From positions 1 to 60,935 of IMG/VR virus record IMGVR_UViG_3300050821_012719: DNA of 60,935 bases. The stretch is one strand, 5' to 3'. Position numbers and translations under genes: made by a program. Numbering within the stretch: the first letter of the stretch is position 1; the number at the start of each line of letters is the position of its first letter. Under the pieces are notes generated by a model. The model had not been told where the DNA came from. It saw only the letters and a program-made list of their open reading frames with translations, and did not search any database. The stretch is from a virus. Shown in pieces: positions 18,520 to 28,664 of this stretch.

Positions 18520-19422
18520 ATGAAGGAGTGGTTCCGCGACACGAACTTCAGGACGCACTCCTTGAAGTTGATCGGCGAACTCAATCACGTCATCGAGGAC
18601 TATCAGAAGCAAGGGCTAACGCTCACACTGCGTCAGCTCTACTACCAGTGCGTCGTCCAGAACCTCTTTCCGAACAGCGAGAGGTCTTACCAGAACCTCT
18701 CTCGTCTGGTCACCGACGCCCGCATGGCAGGTCTCATGGACTGGGACGCTATCGAAGACCGCGCGCGTCGCCCGCGCGTCCCCCAAGACTTCGACGACCT
18801 CGACCAGCTTGTCGATGCTGCCCTGGGTAGCTACCGCCTTCCGCGCTGGGCCGACCAGCCCAACTACGTCGAGCTCTGGGTCGAGAAGGAGGCTCTTGCG
18901 GGTGTCCTCGCGCCCATCGCGCGCAGATACCACATCACCCTCATGGTCAACAAAGGGTACAGCAGCGCGTCGGCCATGTACGAGAGCGCCAACCGGTACA
19001 TCTCCAACGTCAAAGACAAGGACGGTGAGCATCGGAGCCTCCATCTTCTCTATCTCGGTGACCACGACCCTTCGGGCGAGGACATGGTCCGTGATGTCCA
19101 GGAGCGACTCGAGCTCTTTGGGGCACCACTCGAGGTGGACAAGATCGCCATAACGATGCCGCAGGTGAAGAAGTTCAAGCCACCACCCAACCCTGCAAAG
19201 ATCTCCGATCCTCGGGCTGATGCGTACATCGCCGAGCACGGCAATCACTCCTGGGAGGTGGATGCTCTGCCTCCCAAGGTGCTGACGCAGGTCATCACCG
19301 CCAAGCTCGAGGAGCTCGTCGACCACGACCTCATGGACGAGATCTTGGCGCAGGAGGAACGAGACAAGACGCTACTGCGGGCGGCGGTCGCTTCGCTCAG
19401 GAAGAAGGGTAAGAAGAAGTGA
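18520..19422 (+). CDS. Spo11/Topo VI-A-like winged-helix + Toprim protein
   Basis: TLRQLYY; ELWVEK; KGYSS; YLGDHDPSG; WEVDAL. Confidence 0.8.
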   Translation: MKEWFRDTNFRTHSLKLIGELNHVIEDYQKQGLTLTLRQLYYQCVVQNLFPNSERSYQNLSRLVTDARMAGLMDWDAIEDRARRPRVPQDFDDLDQLVDAALGSYRLPRWADQPNYVELWVEKEALAGVLAPIARRYHITLMVNKGYSSASAMYESANRYISNVKDKDGEHRSLHLLYLGDHDPSGEDMVRDVQERLELFGAPLEVDKIAITMPQVKKFKPPPNPAKISDPRADAYIAEHGNHSWEVDALPPKVLTQVITAKLEELVDHDLMDEILAQEERDKTLLRAAVASLRKKGKKK

Positions 19423-19886
19423 CGCCCAACGTCGTTCGAGATGGCGGGAGGGTCGTCGAGCTCTGGCTTGTCGCTCAGCCATTCCAAGATCTCCACATCA
19501 TGGCCATCAACAGCGAGCGCTTGGGCATCCTCGCTCCGAAGTGGACCCTCAAGCGGGAGGAGGAGCACTCACCCTTCGGGGCCTGCGTGGTCTCCTACGT
19601 CTCGGTCGGACCGTTCCCGTCTTGGCTCGAGTACGAGACCGAGATGGATGGGTGGAACAGCCTACTCGACATCAACTACTCGACGACTGAGGAGACCTTC
19701 CTTCTTCAAGAAGGAATCGCACCCGGTCAGCCATTCAAGGTGCGATTCAAGATGCCGCACTACTCGAAGGACTACTACGGGGAGTACGACGTCAGCTACA
19801 GGTCTTGTAAGATCGTCGAGATGCAGCGATGGTCTCAAGACAAGGTCTTGCGTGCCTGGGGAGAACGCATGGTGAGGTTCGCATGA
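19419..19886 (+). CDS. Hypothetical protein
   Basis: GTGA overlap. Confidence 0.6.
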   Translation: MTPNVVRDGGRVVELWLVAQPFQDLHIMAINSERLGILAPKWTLKREEEHSPFGACVVSYVSVGPFPSWLEYETEMDGWNSLLDINYSTTEETFLLQEGIAPGQPFKVRFKMPHYSKDYYGEYDVSYRSCKIVEMQRWSQDKVLRAWGERMVRFA

Positions 19887-20344
19887 AGGTTCAAGATGTG
19901 ATCGACAGCTACGAAGAGAAGATCGATGGGTCGCTTCAGAAGGCCCTCTCCGACCCCTCCAAACACGGGCCCCTCCTGGAGGCTGGGATCATCTACATGC
20001 GCGAGGTCTTGAGGAGCTCGAAGGAGAACCCGAGTGAGCCCAAGATGCGCTCGAGGCTCCAGAAGATGTACATGGAGCTGAAGAAGAGCGACGAGCTTCC
20101 CTTCCATCGGCTCTACGAGTTCTACATCGAGGAGCACGGGCAGGAGGAGGACAAGACCTTCCTAAAGGCCATGCACAAGGTCAGAGACGTGCGCCTGGTG
20201 ATGGACTTCGTCGAGTGGGCCGACAAGCACCATAAACCGCAGATGCTGATGTGCGCTCAGCGCTTCGGTGAGTGGAAGCCGGAGATGTTCTTCGTCACCG
20301 ACTTCTTCGTCGATCTGGAGAATCATGACCACTTCACAGGATAA
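19883..20344 (+). CDS. Hypothetical protein
   Basis: ATGA overlap. Confidence 0.65.
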   Translation: MKVQDVIDSYEEKIDGSLQKALSDPSKHGPLLEAGIIYMREVLRSSKENPSEPKMRSRLQKMYMELKKSDELPFHRLYEFYIEEHGQEEDKTFLKAMHKVRDVRLVMDFVEWADKHHKPQMLMCAQRFGEWKPEMFFVTDFFVDLENHDHFTG

Positions 20345-20828
20345 GCTCTACGGCGCCGAGTGGCAGGCCGAACGTCGAAAAGATCACGATCGGAGCGTCA
20401 TTCTCGTACTTCAGAGGAGGTGTCAGATCCTACCCATGGATACCTTCGAGATTGGTGCATGGGCAGGCGTGAACGGCATGGACATGCCGAACGTGATGCG
20501 TCGCCTTGCTCGACGAGGTATTGCGAAGCACATCAAGGCCAAGAAGTGCCCTACGTGCGGGCGAGAGATCACCAAGACCGCGGGGTGGCTCTACACAGGC
20601 CCGAAGGAGAAGAAGGATGGCAAGCTCTCTGTATCACGCCGTAGCTCGAGTCCAGGTCTGTCTGGAGGTCGACGTCGGCCCATATGGTAACGACTGGAAG
20701 CTCGAGGACATCTACGCAGATGCCGAGAGGAACGCCAGGGAGAAGATCGAGGGCGGCCATCTGAAGGCCCACGAAGGTAAGATCGTGGCCATCAACAAGA
20801 TCCTCAACGTCATCGTGAAGAAAGAACT

Positions 20829-21119
20829 ATGAACCAGCGAGACGAGGACATCGCTCTCCTCGAGAAGGTCCTCCATCCTGGACATGCTCCAGAGCTCAAC
20901 CCGTGGGAGAAGAAGGCCTACCCGGAGATGCTCGGCACGCTGAAGCTCGGGGACCAGCATCAGCTCACCGAGAAGCAGAGACACTTCGTCCAGGAGACCT
21001 GGGAACGCGTCAAGCCTATCGATGCGAGCGCAGTGCCTCGAGGTCGGGAGGTGAAGACGCCTGCGGTTCTTCAAGATCCTAAGGCGGCTCTTAGCCGCAA
21101 GCCTCCCAGGAAGGCGTAA
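20829..21119 (+). CDS. Hypothetical protein
   Basis: ATGA overlap. Confidence 0.6.
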   Translation: MNQRDEDIALLEKVLHPGHAPELNPWEKKAYPEMLGTLKLGDQHQLTEKQRHFVQETWERVKPIDASAVPRGREVKTPAVLQDPKAALSRKPPRKA

Positions 21120-21124
21120 GTCAC

Positions 21125-21742
21125 ATGACGGAGGAGACAGAGAAACCGAAGTTCATCCACGACTGTGATGCTTGCACCTTCCTTGGTCACTACAACAACC
21201 ATGACCTCTACGCCTGCGCGCGAAAGGGTGCGATCGATACAGTCATCGCACGGTACGGGGATGACGGTCCTGCTTACGCGAGCGGCTTGATCTTCGCTCT
21301 CCGAGGCCTCATCCCCGAGCTCGTGGAAGCCTTTCTGCGAGCCAGGAAGAAGGGCCTCGTTGCTGGCGAAGATGCCGTGGGGGCAAAGGACCAAGAGCTC
21401 CATCTCTTCATCGACAAGGTGCGTGGGTCGATGATGTTCGTGGGCAAGCCGAGGCCACCACTACCGGCGTACAGAGAGGCCATGGAGCTCGTGGAGAAGG
21501 AGATCACGAGAGACGTTCAGACACTGGTTGGTCAGCTCATAACTGCCACGTCCATTGTGATGACAGTGACCATGGCAAAGAAAGCCATCCAGAACGCGAA
21601 GTATGTGACTGGTCTCGAGATCCAATTCCACCACCATGAGTTGAGCCCTGGGGAGTTCGACGACCTCGGGTTCTCTACAGGCACCGAGACGGCGTACGAG
21701 TGGCTCTTGCGGCAACAGAGAGCTAGGGAGGGAAGAACGTGA
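21125..21742 (+). CDS. Hypothetical protein (HDCDAC.FLGH motif)
   Basis: ORF with typical codon usage. Confidence 0.65.
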   Translation: MTEETEKPKFIHDCDACTFLGHYNNHDLYACARKGAIDTVIARYGDDGPAYASGLIFALRGLIPELVEAFLRARKKGLVAGEDAVGAKDQELHLFIDKVRGSMMFVGKPRPPLPAYREAMELVEKEITRDVQTLVGQLITATSIVMTVTMAKKAIQNAKYVTGLEIQFHHHELSPGEFDDLGFSTGTETAYEWLLRQQRAREGRT

Positions 21743-21960
21743 TCAAGGCACTCGATGCAGGCCATCGTGAGAGACAGGCGCTACTCGTCTGGTGGAAGAA
21801 GAATGTGATCGACAACATAGCGATGCCCTTCTGGAAGCAGCTCGAGATGACCGAGTATGACCATGGCGGAGACAGCTTCGTCCTTCCGCAGGGTGGGAGC
21901 ATCTCCGTGACCGATTGCATCCGGTTGGAAGCTGAGATCTAGGACGAATCACTTTTCCTC

Positions 21961-21988
21961 TTGACGTAGGTCTTAGAAGGCGTATCAA
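21961..21988 (+). promoter_or_regulatory. Possible sigma70-like promoter
   Basis: TTGACG-16 nt-TATCAA in an intergenic gap before 22024. Confidence 0.35.
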
Positions 21989-22023
21989 GTAGAGATCGCA
22001 CTACGAAAGGATCGAACAACGTC

Positions 22024-22404
22024 ATGGCAAGCATGAAGGTTTCCGGCGAGCACGAGAAGTTCATCAGGGCGTATGCCAAGCGGCACGACGTGAGCGCCGA
22101 AGAGGGTCTCGCGAAGATCCTGAACATCGCACAGAGCCGGCTCAAGGCTCTGGACAACTACGCGAAGCAGTCCGGCGGTTCCAAGAAGAGCGCGAAGCGC
22201 GCCGCCAAGAAGACGGCCAAGAAGGTCGCGAAGGCCAAGGCCGCCCCGAAGAAGGTCGCGAAGAAGGCGTCGGCCAAGTCCAAGACGCGCAAGGCGTCGG
22301 CCGCGAAGAAGAGCGCCAGTGGGACTCCGAAGGGCTTCAAGCCCAACAGTGCCCCGGCGCCCGCGGCACAGGCCGAGGCTGCACCGGCTCCCGCTGCCAA
22401 CTGA
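22024..22404 (+). CDS. Histone H1-like Lys/Ala-rich DNA-binding protein
   Basis: KKSAKRAAKKTAKKVAKAKAAPKKVAKKASAK tail after a short RHH-like N-terminus. Confidence 0.75.
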   Translation: MASMKVSGEHEKFIRAYAKRHDVSAEEGLAKILNIAQSRLKALDNYAKQSGGSKKSAKRAAKKTAKKVAKAKAAPKKVAKKASAKSKTRKASAAKKSASGTPKGFKPNSAPAPAAQAEAAPAPAAN

Positions 22405-22425
22405 CCGAGCCCGTTCTTCGGGCAA

Positions 22426-22467
22426 CAGAAGCCCAGGTCGTCTACGGCGGCCTGGGCTTCTGCCTTT
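22426..22467 (+). terminator. Terminator after the H1-like gene
   Basis: CAGAAGCCCAGG...CCTGGGCTTCTG stem followed by CCTTT. Confidence 0.65.
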
Positions 22468-22893
22468 GGAGGATCATGGCTTTCTATCGAACCACTCACG
22501 GCCAGGTCGTAGCTGGCTTCGAGGTGAACGAGGACGGTTTCGTCACTGACGGGACGCGCTCGACACGGTGGCTTGTCGGCAGGACGCTTTCGTGGGTCTT
22601 GCAGTGGGGTTCTTATCAGCGGTGGAAGATCGCCCGAGTCCAGTACCCCATCAGGGAGAAGACATGAAGAGCGAGCATGCGGTGAGTCGGTTCGGTGCGT
22701 TCTGCTTGTGGGCGTCCCTGAACCACGGCATCAGCTTCGACAAGCGACGCATGATGCATGCCAGGCGAGGAGCCAAGCATCGACTTTCGCGAGCTCGTCG
22801 CCGTCTCGACAAAGAGGTCATTCGAGAAGAGAGGGATGGGCAGACCTAAGCGAGTTCAGCTATCTTGGCCTGCCCGCCAACTACAAGGATCAC

Positions 22894-23991
22894 ATGCACT
22901 ACCATCATCCGGACAAACACAAGGCATACGCCGTCATCTTCTACCGCGACTTCAAGGAGTACGGTGAAGGTGGTGGCTACGACGAGTACGACGAGAACAC
23001 TGGCGGCGGGTATCGCTGCCACCGTGGTCTGGGCGTGAACGCGCTTCAGACTGCGAAGGTGCTTCGCAAGAACGGCATTCGCTGCGACGTCGTGCCGGTC
23101 TCCGGCTTCGATGACGTCGCGAGCAAGCTCGAGGAGCTCAAGCCCACGCACGCCCTCTTCCAGGCGCTCTGGCTCGACGCGAACCAGATGTCGGAGCTCA
23201 CCTCCGACTATCCGAGCGTGCACTTCGTGGTGCGCTGCCACAGCCAGATCGGCTTCCTCCAGGTGGAGCCGATGGCCATCAAGAACCTTCGAGATCTGCT
23301 CTTCCTTCAAGAGCTCGTGCTCAATCTCTCGGTGTCTTCGAACACGACGCGGCTCCAGTCGTTCCTCCAGGACACGTACAAGAGCAAGGTGCTCTACCTG
23401 CCGAACCTCTACGATCTCGAGCGCGTGAAGCGCAAGCGCGACACGACGTTCGACCATCGCACTCTGCGCATCGGCAGCTTCGGCGCCCATCGGCTCCTGA
23501 AGAACCACACGACCGCGGCGGCTGCGGCAATGATGATCGCCCAGCGGCATGGCAGCGATCTCGAGTTCTACGTGAACTCGGGGCGTGACGAGGACGTCAA
23601 GAAGAACTCCATCCTCCTCTCCTTGCGGAACATGCTCGCGCGTGTCCCCTGGGCGAAGCTCGTGGAGGTCCCCTGGGAAGAATGGAGCCAGTTCCGCCAG
23701 ACCATCGCGTACATGGACCTGAACATGCAGGTCTCCTTCACCGAGACCTTCAACATCGTCACTGCCGACGCCGTCGCCGAGGGTGTGGCGAGCGTCGTCT
23801 CGGACGCCATCGAGTGGGCTCCCAGGAGCTGGATGGCGGATGTTGATGACGCCGAACACATCGCCCGTGTGGGTGCCGGTCTTCTCTGGGACATTCAGTC
23901 TGCCGGAGAAGGCCTCACGGCACTCGAGAAGTACTGCAAGGATGGTGTGGCCACCTGGCTTCACTATCTGGATTCGAACCCCACGCTCTGA
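22894..23991 (+). CDS. GT-B fold glycosyltransferase (GT4-like)
   Basis: RIGSFGAHRLLKNH; DLNMQVSFTETFNIVTADAVAEGVASVVS; start codon uncertain. Confidence 0.75.
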   Translation: MHYHHPDKHKAYAVIFYRDFKEYGEGGGYDEYDENTGGGYRCHRGLGVNALQTAKVLRKNGIRCDVVPVSGFDDVASKLEELKPTHALFQALWLDANQMSELTSDYPSVHFVVRCHSQIGFLQVEPMAIKNLRDLLFLQELVLNLSVSSNTTRLQSFLQDTYKSKVLYLPNLYDLERVKRKRDTTFDHRTLRIGSFGAHRLLKNHTTAAAAAMMIAQRHGSDLEFYVNSGRDEDVKKNSILLSLRNMLARVPWAKLVEVPWEEWSQFRQTIAYMDLNMQVSFTETFNIVTADAVAEGVASVVSDAIEWAPRSWMADVDDAEHIARVGAGLLWDIQSAGEGLTALEKYCKDGVATWLHYLDSNPTL

Positions 23992-24186
23992 AGGAGGGTC
24001 GGCAATGCCGACGGAAAAGATCGAGGCGGCTGTCTCCCGAACGATGGGGGTCATCGAGAAGGAGATGGACCCCTCGAAGATGACCCAGCAAGAGGGTCGC
24101 GACTATCTCGATGCTCTGTTCGACAGACTCGAGCCCACCTACGGGGCCATCTGCACGGATCTGGACGGAGACGAGTCGTAGAGAAG

Positions 24187-24221
24187 AAGGCCTGCTGGAA
24201 ACAGCAGGCCTTTCTTCTTTT
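24187..24221 (+). terminator. Intrinsic terminator
   Basis: AAGGCCTGCTG-GAAA-CAGCAGGCCTT followed by TCTTCTTTT. Confidence 0.85.
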
Positions 24222-24222
24222 A

Positions 24223-24231
24223 GGTATAAGA
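24223..24231 (+). promoter_or_regulatory. GGTATAAGA motif
   Basis: Directly after the terminator, before GGAGG and the ATG at 24251. Confidence 0.45.
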
Positions 24232-24250
24232 TCACTGGGAGGCTATTCAC

Positions 24251-24445
24251 ATGAACCCAAGAATTCCTAGATCTGGCCGATTCGACATCCACCGGTCTTC
24301 TGATGAGTGGGACAAGCTCGTCGACAAGGTGAAGAGGATGATGGAGGAGGAGCACATCTCGAAGAGCGAGGCGGCGAGAAGGTTCGGGGTGGGCCTGACT
24401 GCTCTCAACAGCCACATCAAGAAGCGGGAGCAGAAGGCGGCGTAG
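24251..24445 (+). CDS. Small HTH protein
   Basis: ISKSEAARRFGVGLTALNSHI. Confidence 0.7.
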   Translation: MNPRIPRSGRFDIHRSSDEWDKLVDKVKRMMEEEHISKSEAARRFGVGLTALNSHIKKREQKAA

Positions 24446-25683
24446 AGCAAACGGATGCTGGGTCTCGGTACAAGAACTGCGTGAACAACCCAACGCTACG
24501 ACTTCCTGGGAGCGATCCCAGTGTACTGTTGGCGGGGTACGCGGCGCTGGTCCGAGCCCAGCACCCAGAGTCGAGCCACCGACAAGTTTACCTACGCCTC
24601 TGCACCTGGTGTGGCGCATGGACGATGCATAATTACAGCAACGATCTCAACAGACCAGCCTGTGTAGAGATCATGAAGACCATCAATGAGTGGGAGCAGT
24701 ACATATGCAATGAGTGCCAGCCAGTTGCACAGACCTTTCCTACGTTGCTGCCCATCATCCGGAAGATCATCAACTTCCACAAAGCACTCATCATGCACGA
24801 GATGCATCTCCTCAAGAAGGAGCTCGAGATGAAGCTGGAGCTCGAGGAGGGGATCCGCAACGCTGCGAGGGAGGCGCTGGATGTCCCTAAGCCTTGAGAC
24901 CAAAGGGGTCTACCGCAAACGTTGCAGCATGAGCTACCACGGCAAGACGCAGCACGGGGACCACTGGCGGTACTTCGTTCAGCTCAGGCCACTGAAGGGC
25001 GCTCACATTCATCCGTTTCAGATCGGTAAGGACCTCTTCGAGTGGTTCCTTACCCATGGCGCAGACCAACTACCTGACAGGTGACGCATGGAACAGACCC
25101 AGACCCGCAAGAACGAGATCGAGAACCCGAATCAGATCACCGCTCGCAAGAGCCTTCTGCGCGGTCGCATCAAGGAGCTCGAGGCACAGGTGCGCTTCGC
25201 GAAGATCGAGCTGGCGGCTGCCGACCTGGTGAGCGCTGCGATGAACCTTCTCAAGGTCGCCGAGCCGGAGAAGGGCTGATGCTCTACGCAGTGGTGTACC
25301 AGAGCAATCCCAGCAAGATCATCAAGGAGATGGGCGCCCCCTTCGAAGGGGAGACGTTGGAGGAGGCCGAAGAGGAGGTCAACCACACCTACGGCACGGC
25401 CTTCCTTCTTGGGATGGGCAAGCTCGTTCCTTTGACCCCCGAACTGGAAGCTCAGTACAAGGAGTTGGAGGGCACATGAGCAAGAAGAAGGCAGAGAGCA
25501 AGCGGTTCAAGATCACGCAGGGCGATAAGGTCTACTCCACCTACGCCTCAACCTCCGGTCGCGCAGCAGGCATCTTCATGAACAGCCCGCACTGTTCAGT
25601 CCCGACCAGCTTCAAGATCAAGCAGGACGACGAGGAGTGGAAGACCACTCTTCAAGACGGGCGTATCGCCCCGGGGAAGTAAG

Positions 25684-25914
25684 ATGTCGGTCGACGTCAA
25701 AGAGAACCGCTCATGGAGCGTGAAGCTCACCCTACCGGGTGCGTACCTCGAGGTGAGCTCCGTGAACGGAGAAGGCAAGATCGTTCATCTCTCTGTCTAC
25801 ATCCAAGACAAGGGAGTCTTCGATCTCGGCAACGTCCTGCCGGACGAGCTCAGTACGTGGTTCAATCACATCTACGGCAAGATGAAGGAAGAAGGGTGGA
25901 GTCCGAAGCGATGA
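25684..25914 (+). CDS. Hypothetical protein
   Basis: Coupled ORF chain 25088-26947. Confidence 0.55.
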   Translation: MSVDVKENRSWSVKLTLPGAYLEVSSVNGEGKIVHLSVYIQDKGVFDLGNVLPDELSTWFNHIYGKMKEEGWSPKR

Positions 25915-26112
25915 CCACTGCAACATTCAGGGTGTTCGGAAGACTCGGCATGGCGGGGGCTGATGGAGAGGGTACTCTCTCCATCAATCGCGAGACCGGG
26001 CAGGTGATCGTGCGGCGCAAGAGGAGTCACACGGTCTACGAGACCACGCTCAACAGACTCGCCGACTACATCTGCGTCAACGGTCTGCCGACCAAGCCAG
26101 GAAGAGAAGAAG

Positions 26113-26409
26113 ATGGACAATCAGAAGGTTGACGAGATCCTCACCAAGTACTTCGACCAGGTGAAGGCTCTGGGCTATCAGCCCAAGCGCCACCCTCCCG
26201 AAGAGAAGCTGGCGATACGCGGCAGCCAGCAGGCTCTCGAGCACGTCCTGTGGATGTGCCATGAGGTCCGGTCCTGGCCTGCCGAGCGGCTCGAGAAGAA
26301 GTTCCGCTGGCTCGGCTTCGTCCAGGGCGTGCTCTGGAGGGAGGGCATCCAGAGCGTCGAGGAAGCAAAGCGCGATAATATGCCCGAAGGAGAGGAGTAC
26401 AAACCATGA
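26113..26409 (+). CDS. Phage hypothetical protein (HVLWMC...KKFRWLGFVQG.LW)
   Basis: Motif I recognise from phage hypothetical proteins. Confidence 0.65.
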   Translation: MDNQKVDEILTKYFDQVKALGYQPKRHPPEEKLAIRGSQQALEHVLWMCHEVRSWPAERLEKKFRWLGFVQGVLWREGIQSVEEAKRDNMPEGEEYKP

Positions 26410-26943
26410 AGGCGACCGGCAAGAAGATCGACGTGGGCGGTGTGAAGGTTCCCGAGTACGCACTCGATCCCGGGGAACCCGCCGAGCAGGCGGCGGAGAA
26501 GCTGGGCCTTTACCTCGATGGCCCGTGGCACACCGAGAACGTCGGTGCTGTGCTCGTGGATACCGACGGCTCCCAGTACAAGGCGCGCAAGAAGGTGGAG
26601 AAGAAGACGTGATCGACTTCGAAGTCGTAGCGAAGAAGATGTACGTCCGGGCACACGATGTCGAGTACGAGAGGACCGGGGTGCGCAAGACGTACACCAC
26701 CTGGGAGGGTCTGTCGCCAGACAGGAAGCAGGTGTACTTGGCGATGGCGATAGTCGCCATGCAGAACACGCCAGCACCGATCTTCGTCGATGCTCGCATC
26801 ACCTTCCCACTCCGGGGTGGTGAGGCCGTCCACATGCATCTCTACCTCGACACGACGCAAGACAGCGTCGAAGAGGGGTGCAACAAGCTGAAGAAGTACC
26901 TTCTCGAAGAAGCAGATCGAATCAAGGCACTGGAGTCGATCAG

Positions 26944-27429
26944 ATGAAGATCTACGTCGCAACGTCTTGGCGCAACGAGTTCCAGCCCGAAGTCGTGGAG
27001 ACGCTCCGCAAGGAGGGGTTCGAAGTCTACGACTTCCGTCATCCCGAGCCCGGAGACGACGGCTTCCACTGGTCGGAGATCGACGAGGAGTGGCGTAGCT
27101 GGACCCCGGACCAGTACATCACGCACCTCAATCATCCGCTCGCCGAGAAGGGCTTCTCCCACGACTGGAACGGACTCGTCACCAGTGACGCCGGCGTCCT
27201 GGTTCTTCCTTGCAACCGCAGCTCTCACCTCGAGGCGGGGTACTTCGTCGGTGCCAAGAAGCCGCTCATCTTCTACATCCCCAAGAGCCTCGGCATGAAG
27301 GTCGAAGGGCAAGGGGGTGGGCAAGACTTCACCCCCGAGTTGATGTACAAAGTGACGAAACACATCTACACGGACCTGCGTCCTGTGATCACAACCCTCA
27401 AGGGTTACCGCTCGGAGAAGAACTCATGA
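26944..27429 (+). CDS. Nucleoside 2-deoxyribosyltransferase-like protein
   Basis: KIYVATSWRN...D...SD..VLVLP..RSSHLEAGY..G..KP. Confidence 0.75.
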   Translation: MKIYVATSWRNEFQPEVVETLRKEGFEVYDFRHPEPGDDGFHWSEIDEEWRSWTPDQYITHLNHPLAEKGFSHDWNGLVTSDAGVLVLPCNRSSHLEAGYFVGAKKPLIFYIPKSLGMKVEGQGGGQDFTPELMYKVTKHIYTDLRPVITTLKGYRSEKNS

Positions 27430-27965
27430 ACATCCTCGCCCATCGCAGCCTGCGCAACGTCTTCATCTCGGCCATGCTCTCGCTGGCTCTCCTCAGCACC
27501 GGGTGTGCTGCCGTGAGTCAGTGGTGGCAGAACTTCCAGAAGAACCCTGTCGCGCAGGTCCAGGCGTTCCTCTCGGAGGTGCAGACCGTCCTGAACATCC
27601 TCGAGGGCGCCTGGAACTTCATCTCTCCGCTCCTGCCGGCCTCCATCCTGCCCGCTGCGCAGCAGCAGTATTCGAACGCCGTGACCTCCGTCGGTCATGC
27701 CGAGGCGGTTCTTCAGGACGCGGTGACCGCGGACATCGCGGCGCAACAGAGCTCGCCCGACTTGACGGCGTTCGTCGCAGCGGTCTCCGACGCTCTGAAC
27801 CAGGTCATCGCCATCATCGACACGTACAAGGGCAACGCGAACGTCAGCGTGCCCGATGCGGGGCCTACGGGGATTCGTGTCATCGCGACCATCCAGCCGC
27901 CCGGCCTCGAGGAGGCACGGACTCGTACGGCGCATCTGCGCACGTATCAGATCGGAGTGCGCTGA
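27426..27965 (+). CDS. Lipoprotein
   Basis: Signal ...AMLSLALLSTG-C followed by an amphipathic helical body. Confidence 0.7.
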   Translation: MNILAHRSLRNVFISAMLSLALLSTGCAAVSQWWQNFQKNPVAQVQAFLSEVQTVLNILEGAWNFISPLLPASILPAAQQQYSNAVTSVGHAEAVLQDAVTADIAAQQSSPDLTAFVAAVSDALNQVIAIIDTYKGNANVSVPDAGPTGIRVIATIQPPGLEEARTRTAHLRTYQIGVR

Positions 27966-28240
27966 TGGCATTCAAGAACCATCCGCGTCATCACCCCAAC
28001 GACATGAAGCCGCCGAAGGGGGTGCAGTACGTCCGCATCGACGGCTACGACACGGTGACCCCCCTCGGCCAGCGCGTCTACGTGAGCGTCACTACCGGTC
28101 ACGGAGAGAAAGAGCGGGCGCAGAGGGCTCGTGGGTTCCCGAACTACCGCAAGATCCTCCTGAAGCACAAGAAGAAGAAGAACCTCCGAGGCCTGAACGT
28201 AACCAAGATCATGAGGAACATCTTCAGGAGGCCAGCATGA
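27965..28240 (+). CDS. Basic hypothetical protein
   Basis: TGATG overlap. Confidence 0.55.
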   Translation: MAFKNHPRHHPNDMKPPKGVQYVRIDGYDTVTPLGQRVYVSVTTGHGEKERAQRARGFPNYRKILLKHKKKKNLRGLNVTKIMRNIFRRPA

Positions 28241-28552
28241 GACACAAGGTCACCATCGAGGTCGGTGAGGACTTCGTCAGCCGCATCATGGTCGATGGTC
28301 AACTCGTCGGCCTCGTTCAGAGGTTGGAGCTCTCGATGGGCAGGGGTGACTCCATGCCTGTCGGGAAGATCGAGCTCCTTCAGCTCGACAAGCATCAGGG
28401 GGACATCATTACAGCTCTGAAGGAGATCCCCTGGCTCAAGGTGGATGACCACCCGTGAGCTTCCACGACCTCGCCGTTCCTCTCCTGCTCGTCGCAGTAG
28501 CGGTCGGCGGGGTCGTCCTGCTCCTCTGGCGCTGGAGCCGTGAAAGGCCCTG

Positions 28553-28577
28553 AAGGAGGGTGACCCCCTCCTTTTTA
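28553..28577 (+). terminator. Terminator ending the accessory gene block
   Basis: AAGGAGGG-tgacc-CCCTCCTT followed by TTTAG. Confidence 0.75.
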
Positions 28578-28664
28578 GCTCCTTGTCGGGTACACTGCCT
28601 GATGCAGGCTCCTGTCGACTGAACTGTCCCCACACAGACCTCGGCGGGAGTCTGCGTTACACCA

